This document shows, in pieces, positions 21,176 through 27,386 of a DNA stretch of 27,386 nucleotides. This DNA is from a virus (taxonomy: Duplodnaviria > Caudoviricetes): the IMG/VR virus record IMGVR_UViG_3300006123_000634, positions 1 to 27,386 of that record. One strand, written 5' to 3'. The notes beneath the pieces were generated by a model, which worked only from the letters and a program-made list of their open reading frames with translations, made no database searches and was not told the origin of the DNA. Numbering within the stretch: the first letter of the stretch is position 1; each line of letters opens with the position of its first letter. The translations under genes were made by a program, and so were the position numbers.

Positions 21176-21641
21176 GATGTTTGGGCCAAGCACTAGCCTT
21201 GCCATTTTTAATTAATCTTGATACTACTGAATTAAAGTGTCTTTGTTTATTCTTTTCTGGACTGAGTGCAAATATACCAGTTTTATGTTTTTTAGCATAT
21301 TCTCTACCCTTTTTTCCGCCAACTTTACCTGCAGAACTAGCGTGTCCTAAAGAAAATCCCGATACTCCTAACGCATTATTTTTAATCGCTTGTTCTCTGT
21401 TAAGTTGTTTTCTTTCTTCCGAACTAATACCTGCCCTGATTCCTATAAGAGCTGCCGCGGCCTTATCACCTTGTTTTTTATGTATTTCAAAATGTTCTTG
21501 TGCTGTAACAGCCATTAGATTCTCGATAGAATTATTTTTATGATTTCCGTCAATGTGATGAATTTCTACATATGGTAATAAAGAACATTGGTGATATTCT
21601 TCGTAAATTTTTCTATGAATATTATTATTTTTTCTTTTCAT
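21159..21641 (-). mobile_element. Free-standing HNH homing endonuclease gene
   Basis: HRKIYE...EIHHIDGNHKNNSIENL...EHFEIH HNH motif and a basic C-terminus; it lies between two copies of the sod 3' end. Confidence 0.85.
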
Positions 21642-21642
21642 T

Positions 21643-22215
21643 TCAGGTCCTTATACTTAATCTATCATTTATAACAGACCAATCAATTATACGCCATATG
21701 TTTTTTAGGTATTTTTGCTTGTCTGCTCGATAGTCTAAAGCGAAAGAATGTTCCCACCAGTCAATCAACAATATAATATCTTGACGTACCTGATGATTTG
21801 TTATTGTTTTGACCTGCCCATTTCTTGCAAGATATATCCAACCACTACCTTGTATTTTCATTGCGACGGTTTCAACTGTGCTCTTAAGTTCGTCGAATCC
21901 ACCTTTAAAATGCTTGTCAATGAATTCGGCACTAGCATCAAACGGTTTATTACTACCGACGGGCTTTTTTAATTGCGGAAAAAATATATTGTGTAGGAAA
22001 GCACCTGCTAGATTAAAATCAGGGTCCCCCTCGCCTTTATTATAACGATCCACATATCCTTTGGCTAATTTACCATAATGATAATCTATGGTATCTTCGC
22101 TCATTACAGGTTGTAAATCTCCGCGATCGTATGGCAGCGATTCTAAAACAAGTTTTTCTTTTTTAGTTTCGGCTTCTATAATAATTTGTTTTAATTCAGT
22201 TAAACTTTTTTGCAT
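21643..22215 (-). CDS. sod: Fe/Mn superoxide dismutase
   Basis: LPY..DLQPVMSEDTIDYHY, LHNIFF, QGSGW and DWWEHSF motifs. Confidence 0.92.
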   Translation of the reverse strand: MQKSLTELKQIIIEAETKKEKLVLESLPYDRGDLQPVMSEDTIDYHYGKLAKGYVDRYNKGEGDPDFNLAGAFLHNIFFPQLKKPVGSNKPFDASAEFIDKHFKGGFDELKSTVETVAMKIQGSGWIYLARNGQVKTITNHQVRQDIILLIDWWEHSFALDYRADKQKYLKNIWRIIDWSVINDRLSIRT

Positions 22216-22220
22216 AACAT

Positions 22221-22239
22221 TATTTATTCAGGTTAAATA
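22221..22239. promoter_or_regulatory. Back-to-back TAAATA motifs between divergent genes
   Basis: TAAATA on the minus strand at 22221-22226 (toward sod) and on the plus strand at 22234-22239 (toward the gene at 22268). Confidence 0.45.
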
Positions 22240-22267
22240 AACTTGCATTTTATAAAGGAATCCTATT

Positions 22268-22576
22268 ATGGAAATTATTATTGCTATTGTTATTGTAGCT
22301 ATAGGTGTTGCAATTTGGTTTAATCGCAGAGCACCTGCTAAGACAGTTGTTGAAGCAGAAACATCTTCAGACAACGGAATCAAGTTTACCGCCAAAGAAG
22401 AAGCTCCAGCTCCTGTAGTTGAAGTTGCCCCGGTTGTAGAAACTGCACCAGCCAAAAAGCCACGTAAACCACGTGAACCTAAAGCTACTAAGGCAGTTAA
22501 AGCACCAAAGGCCGCAAAGCCAAAGGCCGCAAAAACACCAGCCGCCAAAAAAGCTCCTCGTTCAAAGAAAGCCTAA
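22268..22576 (+). CDS. Membrane-anchored protein with Lys/Ala/Pro-rich (histone H1-like) tail
   Basis: AAGGA SD, N-terminal hydrophobic helix, and PAKKPRKPR...KAPKAAKPKAAK low-complexity tail. Confidence 0.75.
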   Translation: MEIIIAIVIVAIGVAIWFNRRAPAKTVVEAETSSDNGIKFTAKEEAPAPVVEVAPVVETAPAKKPRKPREPKATKAVKAPKAAKPKAAKTPAAKKAPRSKKA

Positions 22577-23590
22577 TTCTTTAGCCTGTTTGGCGAGTGC
22601 AAAACTAGCCAGATTTTTTGACTTGGACTCACACATAATATCGTGTGTTTTTGTAAAGCTCAAGGCCCATTCATTTGCTTTTATATTCCAATAAAAGTCA
22701 GAATGTGCTCTGAGCTTTCCCTTTTTGTAACCTTCGTTTAAAAGTTGTGAATGATTAGGAAGTATTAGTGGATCGTGACCAATGAGTAAATCTTCGCGAC
22801 TAACAGAATAATGCATAGTAGGCCTGACACCACGCCAAGACTGAATAACTTTTTCAACACGGGAGTCCACGGGGGAGATGTACTCTCCTGTTTTAATCCA
22901 ATGATGATGAATATCCAGAACGATAGGAACCAAATCACAAATACTAAGGCAGTCATCCAATCCATAGCTTATCTCCTCGTTTTCGATAGTAATACAATTG
23001 CGGGCTTCGGGCGATAAACGTTGATAGGCCAACCTGATACCTTCGGGGCCTTGTCTGCCGGCAATGTGTACGTTGATTTTAAAGTCTTGGAAACTTTTGC
23101 CAAATCCCATCCAACGGGCCATTGTTGCATGATATTCGAACTCCTCTATACTACGATCGACAATGGCAGGATTATCTGATGCCAGAACTGTAAACTGGCC
23201 CGGATGAAAACTGAGACGCACCATCCGCCTACGAGCATCATCACCCACTTGTCCAAAGTGGCGTTCACAGTATTCAATGATGTCAGAACGATGCCAAAAA
23301 TAACGCCAGTCATCGTGAGTATAAACAGGCAATATATCGCTACCAATACGTACCATTCGTAAATGTTCATCTAAACCCCCTACCCTTTCTACAAGTTTTC
23401 TAACCGCTTCAATGTTACCTACCATTAGGTCCCAAAGTTTTTGTTCGGCTACATTACGAGTCTGGCGGTTAAGCCAGGCAACGGTTGTACTTCCTGTGTT
23501 GTACTGTTTGGCATCATCAGTGGATTTAATACCATCGCATTGTTCTGCGTGATCAATCCATTTACACGCAAATCCAATACGGGCGATCAT
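22562..23590 (-). CDS. uvsE: UV damage endonuclease (UvsE/UVDE)
   Basis: RIGFAC, RLSFHPGQF, IENEE, LDIHHHW, HYS, RAHSD and DIMCESKSK motifs. Confidence 0.92.
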   Translation of the reverse strand: MIARIGFACKWIDHAEQCDGIKSTDDAKQYNTGSTTVAWLNRQTRNVAEQKLWDLMVGNIEAVRKLVERVGGLDEHLRMVRIGSDILPVYTHDDWRYFWHRSDIIEYCERHFGQVGDDARRRMVRLSFHPGQFTVLASDNPAIVDRSIEEFEYHATMARWMGFGKSFQDFKINVHIAGRQGPEGIRLAYQRLSPEARNCITIENEEISYGLDDCLSICDLVPIVLDIHHHWIKTGEYISPVDSRVEKVIQSWRGVRPTMHYSVSREDLLIGHDPLILPNHSQLLNEGYKKGKLRAHSDFYWNIKANEWALSFTKTHDIMCESKSKNLASFALAKQAKELGFL

Positions 23591-23754
23591 TGTGCATCTT
23601 TTCTGTCGCGCCTTGCGCTACGTCCGGATGATTCTGATTCTAAAATTTTAACATAGCTACGAATAAACTCACCACGCTTGTGTGGATCAATAATTTGTGC
23701 CGCTGAACGTTTTATCTGTTTTGGTAATTTAATTGATTTTGGATCGTATGCCAT
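23587..23754 (-). CDS. Small basic hypothetical protein (55 aa)
   Basis: Not in the ORF track. TAAGGA SD; MAYDPKSIKLPKQIKRSAAQIIDPHKRGEFIRSY...; its stop overlaps the uvsE start (ATGA). Confidence 0.7.
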   Translation of the reverse strand: MAYDPKSIKLPKQIKRSAAQIIDPHKRGEFIRSYVKILESESSGRSARRDRKDAQ

Positions 23755-23773
23755 TTTTATTCCTTAAAATTAT

Positions 23774-23802
23774 ATTATACACTATCTTTGACTTTTTGTA
23801 AA
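23774..23802 (-). promoter_or_regulatory. Sigma70-type promoter for the 55-aa gene and uvsE
   Basis: TTTACA-17 nt-TATAAT. Confidence 0.6.
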
Positions 23803-23948
23803 GACCAAGATCCATCATTATTGTCAATCCATTCCAAAGTATCTCCTTCTTTCCACCCTTGTAGATCAATTAGATCTTGTGGTAATGGTAAAATTACCTC
23901 ATCTGGATTTTCTGGATTTTCTTCAACTGTAACTGTCCATTTTGTCAT
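23775..23948 (-). CDS. AbrB/MazE/SpoVT-like small DNA-binding protein
   Basis: ILPLPQDLIDLQGWKEGDTLEW swapped-hairpin pattern. The ATG at 23948 lies 2 nt after the upstream stop. Confidence 0.75.
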   Translation of the reverse strand: MTKWTVTVEENPENPDEVILPLPQDLIDLQGWKEGDTLEWIDNNDGSWSLQKVKDSV

Positions 23949-23950
23949 AA

Positions 23951-24181
23951 TTATTCTCTTGTTAGTCCGTGCCAAACTAAAAATGATTTAAATGCTTTAT
24001 ACACCTCTTCTGCTTCTTTTTTGTCGGCAGGAACTTTTTCACCCCGAACATAAAATCCATCCTTGGCGATACGTAACATTTCTGTTTTTCCAGAATACAG
24101 CATAACACTATTTTCTGGTGGAGCGGACATTGTCATCACCGGATCTGTATTAACTTCCGGATAAAATGTAAATTGTGTCAT
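23951..24181 (-). CDS. Hypothetical protein
   Basis: 76-aa ORF coupled to the upstream gene by an ATGA overlap. Confidence 0.7.
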   Translation of the reverse strand: MTQFTFYPEVNTDPVMTMSAPPENSVMLYSGKTEMLRIAKDGFYVRGEKVPADKKEAEEVYKAFKSFLVWHGLTRE

Positions 24182-25113
24182 AATGTTTTATTAAAATAAT
24201 CGATCGTTTTTTGTAGTCCTGCTGTTAAATCTATAGTTGGTTCCCAACCTAATCTTGTTTTGGCAAGAGTTATATCAGGACGTCTTTGTTTTGGATCATC
24301 CTGGGGTAATGGTTGCTGTAGGATAATACTTTTACTACCTGTTAGGTCTATAACCTTTTGAGCAAGTTCGTTCATTGTAAACTCACCGGGATTTCCCATA
24401 TTAACAGGACCAATGAATTCGTCATCATCATTGGCCATAAATGTCATTAATCCGTTTACTAGATCATCAACATAACAAAAACTACGAGTTTGTTCTCCAG
24501 AACCGTATACAGTAATTGGATTGCCTTTTAATGCCTGGACAATAAAGTTACTAACAACACGGCCATCGCCTTCGGACATTCTTGGACCATACGTATTAAA
24601 AATACGAACAATCTTAGCCTTAACTGAGTGAACACGCCAGTAATCCATAAACAATGTTTCTGCGGCACGTTTGCCCTCATCGTAGCAACTGCGAATACCA
24701 ATTGGGTTTACATTTCCCCAATAATCTTCAGTTTGTGGGTGCACTGACGGATCACCATATACTTCGCTGGTACTAGCCTGCAGAATCTTAGCACCTGTGC
24801 GTTTTGCCAACCCTAACAAATTGTAAGCACCTAGTACACTGGTCTTCATTGTTTGGATAGGATCCCATTGATAATAAAACGGACTTGCTGGACAAGCAAG
24901 ATTGTAAATCTCGTCTACTTCTACATAAAGTGGAAAACAAACATCTTGTCTTAAAACTTCAAAATTTTTCTTATCTAATAAATGAGCAATATTATTCTTA
25001 CTGCCTGTAAAATAGTTGTCAACACATAAAACGTGATGACCTTCATTGACTAATCTATCGCAAAGATGTGATCCTAAAAATCCAGCACCGCCAGTTACTA
25101 ATACTTTTTTCAT
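24178..25113 (-). CDS. UDP-glucuronate decarboxylase (UDP-xylose synthase), SDR family
   Basis: [30 protein letters not shown] (YxxxK), [15 protein letters not shown] and [10 protein letters not shown] motifs. Confidence 0.9.
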   Translation of the reverse strand: MKKVLVTGGAGFLGSHLCDRLVNEGHHVLCVDNYFTGSKNNIAHLLDKKNFEVLRQDVCFPLYVEVDEIYNLACPASPFYYQWDPIQTMKTSVLGAYNLLGLAKRTGAKILQASTSEVYGDPSVHPQTEDYWGNVNPIGIRSCYDEGKRAAETLFMDYWRVHSVKAKIVRIFNTYGPRMSEGDGRVVSNFIVQALKGNPITVYGSGEQTRSFCYVDDLVNGLMTFMANDDDEFIGPVNMGNPGEFTMNELAQKVIDLTGSKSIILQQPLPQDDPKQRRPDITLAKTRLGWEPTIDLTAGLQKTIDYFNKTL

Positions 25114-25130
25114 TTTGTCCTTTTTGTTAC

Positions 25131-25159
25131 ATTATATATTATATGCTAATAGATAGCAA
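25131..25159 (-). promoter_or_regulatory. Sigma70-type promoter of the UDP-xylose synthase operon
   Basis: TTGCTA-17 nt-TATAAT; a TAAATA motif also lies at 25162-25167. Confidence 0.5.
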
Positions 25160-25263
25160 CTTATTTAATACACCTTACCGCAGGCCGGACAAATTTCTCC
25201 AGGTTGCTTTGGTTCACAAGGCAATGATAAATCGCTTAATCCGTATGTGTTTGTATAAGTTAT

Positions 25264-25292
25264 ATTGTACAGGATTTTTACTTAACAGTCAA
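25264..25292 (-). promoter_or_regulatory. Sigma70-type promoter
   Basis: TTGACT-17 nt-TACAAT. Confidence 0.55.
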
Positions 25293-25323
25293 CCATATTA
25301 CACCCGCAATGATAAATAAATGT

Positions 25324-25971
25324 ATGTCCAAAATATATTCAATTTATAAAGCCACAAATAAGATTAATGGTAAATCATATATTGGTTTTGATTCTAAATG
25401 GCCACGCAGAAAACACAAACATCATTTTGAATATAAAGAAAGAACATCTAAATTTTATAATGCTATCAAGAAATATGGATGAGATAATTTTGAATGGGAA
25501 GTTGTATATCAATCTAAAGATGGAAAACATTGTTTAGAAACAATGGAACTGAAATTTATAAAAGAATATAATTCGTTTAATAACGGTTATAATTCAACAC
25601 TAGGCGGAGATGGAGTTGTAGGTTATAAACATAATAATGAAAGACGAAAGAAAATATTAATGTCGGCTAAAAATAGAAAACTATCAGACGAAACAAAGAA
25701 AAAAATGTCCGAATCTAAATCTGGAATCAACAATCATAATTACCAAAAACCTATGAGTGCCGAACAAAAGAAAAAAATATCTGATACTCTTAAAGGAAAT
25801 GTGCCTTGGAATAAGGGTGTAAAAGGAAAACAAAAATCACCCAATAGGACTCCTGTTATAATCAACGGTGTTTTTTATGAGTGTAAAGCAGATGCTATGG
25901 TTAAATTAAAAATAAGTCTTTATAAATTAAACAAAATAATCACCAGTGACGAACAACACCTGCTACTATAA
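25324..25971 (+). pseudogene. GIY-YIG homing endonuclease with NUMOD3-like repeats, interrupted by one in-frame TGA
   Basis: The ATG at 25324 gives MSKIYSIYKATNKINGKSYIG...FYNAIKKYG*DNFEW, with TGA at 25480-25482. This is in frame with ORF 25543-25971 (GYNSTLGG, LSDETKKKMSES, MSAEQKKKISDT, VPWNKG). Confidence 0.85.
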
Positions 25972-26113
25972 AGCAGTTTGTTATAATATATGATAACACA
26001 ATAGCAGTACGAATACAAGCAATTTTATCTGCTTCTTGATCCGTACTACCTGTTTTCTCACCAAGAGATTTTGCCCAAAGGCGCCATACTTTTTTAATGA
26101 TTCCGTTTTCCAT
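25940..26113 (-). CDS. Small phage membrane protein (57 aa)
   Basis: Not in the ORF track. MENGIIKKVWRLWAKSLGEKTGSTDQEADKIACIRTAIVLSYIITNCFIVAGVVRHW with a C-terminal TM helix; resembles a small protein type I recall from T4-like aquatic phages. Confidence 0.75.
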   Translation of the reverse strand: MENGIIKKVWRLWAKSLGEKTGSTDQEADKIACIRTAIVLSYIITNCFIVAGVVRHW

Positions 26114-26444
26114 CAAAGACGCAATTAAAAAGTAAATTCATTTCGCCATCATTGATTACACGATGAAATGCACCATCGGGAATCAAAACAATATCGCCGG
26201 CAGTAACAAAGAAAGGATCGTCGGTCTCGTCTCCGACAATCATTTGACCGTGACCTTTTACAAATATGTAAACTTCTTCTTGTCCAGGATGACGATGACC
26301 TCGAGTTTGTTGTCCTACTTTTAATAATGTACTACTTAATACTAAATTGTTTAATGTTTTATTATCTTTGAGTAGATATGTTTCGTTGTCTTTAATAACA
26401 TCTCCACCTACGTCATTGACATTATATTTTATAATTTTACTCAT
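26094..26444 (-). CDS. Cupin domain protein (mannose-6-phosphate isomerase-like cupin_2)
   Basis: GHRHPGQEEVYIFVKGHG and GDIVLIPDGAFHRVIN cupin motifs. AAGGA SD before the ATG at 26444; an alternative in-frame start lies at 26528. Confidence 0.85.
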   Translation of the reverse strand: MSKIIKYNVNDVGGDVIKDNETYLLKDNKTLNNLVLSSTLLKVGQQTRGHRHPGQEEVYIFVKGHGQMIVGDETDDPFFVTAGDIVLIPDGAFHRVINDGEMNLLFNCVFDGKRNH

Positions 26445-26527
26445 AGTTTTCCTTGTGTATAAACGAAATTGTTCTTTTTCTTTATCGGCTCTTTTTTCTA
26501 TATGATTGTTTAATTTCATAACTACCA

Positions 26528-27031
26528 TTATAGTCCTTCGAGTAAATCTTCGTTCCATTCTCTATGACCTTCACGGAAAGCCATATTGGCCTGTGTTTCT
26601 CTAACTTCGACTCTGTAGCACCAAAGTCTAGATGCTTCACTTGGTCCCCACATATCTGGAATATAAACACCATTAACATACTTGTAAAGCATATCTGCTA
26701 AACTTTCACAGCCTAATCTTGGTAAGATAGTCAGTTTAGCTAGTTTACGACGTTCCATTTCTTTGTAGAATTCTAATTCTGGGTCATCTTGTGCGACCAG
26801 TGTTGTGTGATCAAATTGATCCTCTAAGATCTTTTTAAGTTCTTTTAATCCGCCATAATCGGCAGCCCAATTGCGAACATCTAAATCGTTGGTGCCAAAG
26901 TAGAACTTCATACTAAATGAGTAACCGTGATTTAAATTACAGTGGCTATCTGCTCTCCACTGTCTGTAAGCGCAAGGAAATGCGTCAATATATTCTTTCG
27001 TACTTGTATATTTGTAAACTACTGGTGTCAT
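26528..27031 (-). CDS. queD: 6-pyruvoyl-tetrahydropterin synthase / QueD-like T-fold enzyme
   Basis: HCNLNHGY, DYGGLKELK, FDHTTL, GCESLA and VEVRET motifs; strong AGGAG SD. Confidence 0.82.
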   Translation of the reverse strand: MTPVVYKYTSTKEYIDAFPCAYRQWRADSHCNLNHGYSFSMKFYFGTNDLDVRNWAADYGGLKELKKILEDQFDHTTLVAQDDPELEFYKEMERRKLAKLTILPRLGCESLADMLYKYVNGVYIPDMWGPSEASRLWCYRVEVRETQANMAFREGHREWNEDLLEGL

Positions 27032-27039
27032 GCTTTTTT

Positions 27040-27110
27040 CTCCTATGTTAAATTATAGCATAGGCTTGCAGAATTTGTATAGCGGGATGAATGCTCTAAA
27101 GACCGCTGTA
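27040..27110 (-). promoter_or_regulatory. Structured 5' leader of queD: candidate preQ1-I-like pseudoknot plus SD-occluding hairpin
   Basis: Stem AGCGG/CCGCU, A-rich linker AUACAAA, 3' UUCUGC complementary to the loop, then hairpin CCUAUG/CAUAGG overlapping the SD. Confidence 0.5.
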
Positions 27111-27115
27111 TGTAT

Positions 27116-27144
27116 AGTTTAATATTTACACAGATATTTGTCAA
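27116..27144 (-). promoter_or_regulatory. Sigma70-type promoter upstream of the queD leader
   Basis: TTGACA-17 nt-TAAACT; a TAAATA motif lies inside the spacer at 27123-27128. Confidence 0.6.
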
Positions 27145-27147
27145 TGA

Positions 27148-27321
27148 TTATTTTAATTGATTGATTTCTTTTTTAACCACAAGAATATCTGTTTTAATTT
27201 CTTCGATCATTGCGATCTCTTTCTTGTAGATAGAACACCAACGGACTGAGGTGAATAACAATAATCCCCACCCTACAACTGCGCTAAAAAATAAAAGTAA
27301 TATTATAATAAAATGTGCCAT
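27148..27321 (-). CDS. Small membrane protein with C-terminal coiled coil (57 aa)
   Basis: Not in the ORF track. GGGAG SD; MAHFIIILLLFFSAVVGWGLLLFTSVRW...MIEEIKTDILVVKKEINQLK. Confidence 0.7.
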   Translation of the reverse strand: MAHFIIILLLFFSAVVGWGLLLFTSVRWCSIYKKEIAMIEEIKTDILVVKKEINQLK

Positions 27322-27324
27322 AAG

Positions 27325-27369
27325 AAACTCCCTTGAGTAAGAATATTTAATCTTACTTGCCGGGAGTTT
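27325..27369 (-). promoter_or_regulatory. Long hairpin sequestering the SD, with TAAATA in its loop
   Basis: AAACUCCC..AGUAAGA-UUAAAUAU-UCUUACU..GGGAGUUU-cuu-AUG; 8-bp and 7-bp stems. Confidence 0.65.
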
Positions 27370-27386
27370 TTACTATAGTTTAATTT

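Noticed and set aside
21122-21699. Group I intron in sod carrying the HNH gene
   Set aside because: sod is complete with its own stop, the flanking sequence is duplicated rather than split, and there is no room for an intron core.
22228-22548. Minus-strand 106-aa ORF
   Set aside because: It is the antisense mirror of the plus-strand gene, which has an SD and a coherent TM plus basic-tail architecture.
23775-24181. Toxin-antitoxin pair around the AbrB-like gene
   Set aside because: Neither neighbour shows PIN, MazF or RelE motifs, and stand-alone AbrB-like genes are common in such phages.
25221-25317. Fur-box-like AATGATAA motifs
   Set aside because: Only half-site similarity in AT-rich DNA, and no iron-related gene lies directly downstream.
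25068-25319. Plus-strand 83-aa ORF across the intergenic region
   Set aside because: It starts inside the UDP-xylose synthase gene on the antisense strand, has no SD or recognisable motif, and overlaps promoter elements.
25480-25482. Genome-wide TGA=Trp recoding
   Set aside because: TGA terminates sod, uvsE, the UDP-xylose synthase gene and others, with ATGA couplings, and Trp is TGG elsewhere in the same gene.
1-27386. TAG reassignment, since no called gene ends in TAG
   Set aside because: No gene needs an in-frame TAG to be complete; low TAG use is expected in AT-rich phages.

Overview
The window is a fragment of a large, AT-rich tailed phage genome, probably T4-like or jumbo-type, with nearly all genes on the minus strand and read in standard code 11. 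Positions 1-20.8 kb are a virion and fibre module. It holds three Gly-Pro-Thr collagen-like fibre genes (one ending in an S74 chaperone), Ig-repeat proteins, a long repetitive coiled-coil fibre with its assembly chaperone, and a multidomain esterase. It also holds a cassette of a cysteine-free glutaredoxin-fold protein, an X-Pro-Gly/Gly-rich protein and two 2OG-Fe(II) oxygenases. Positions 20.8-27.4 kb are an accessory module: Fe/Mn SOD, UvsE, an AbrB-like protein, UDP-glucuronate decarboxylase, a cupin, a QueD-like protein, small membrane proteins and two free-standing homing endonucleases. Four signals not visible in the ORF track stand out. (1) A preQ1-class-I-like pseudoknot plus an SD-sequestering hairpin lies in the queD leader. 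(2) Both homing endonucleases are flanked by duplicated, synonymously diverged 3' ends of the neighbouring gene, clearly for sod and more weakly for a small membrane gene. (3) Hairpins bury Shine-Dalgarno sites with a TAAATA late-promoter motif in or next to them. (4) The oxygenase cassette may be a phage fibre-hydroxylation system. All functional calls come from reading motifs by eye; no searches were run.
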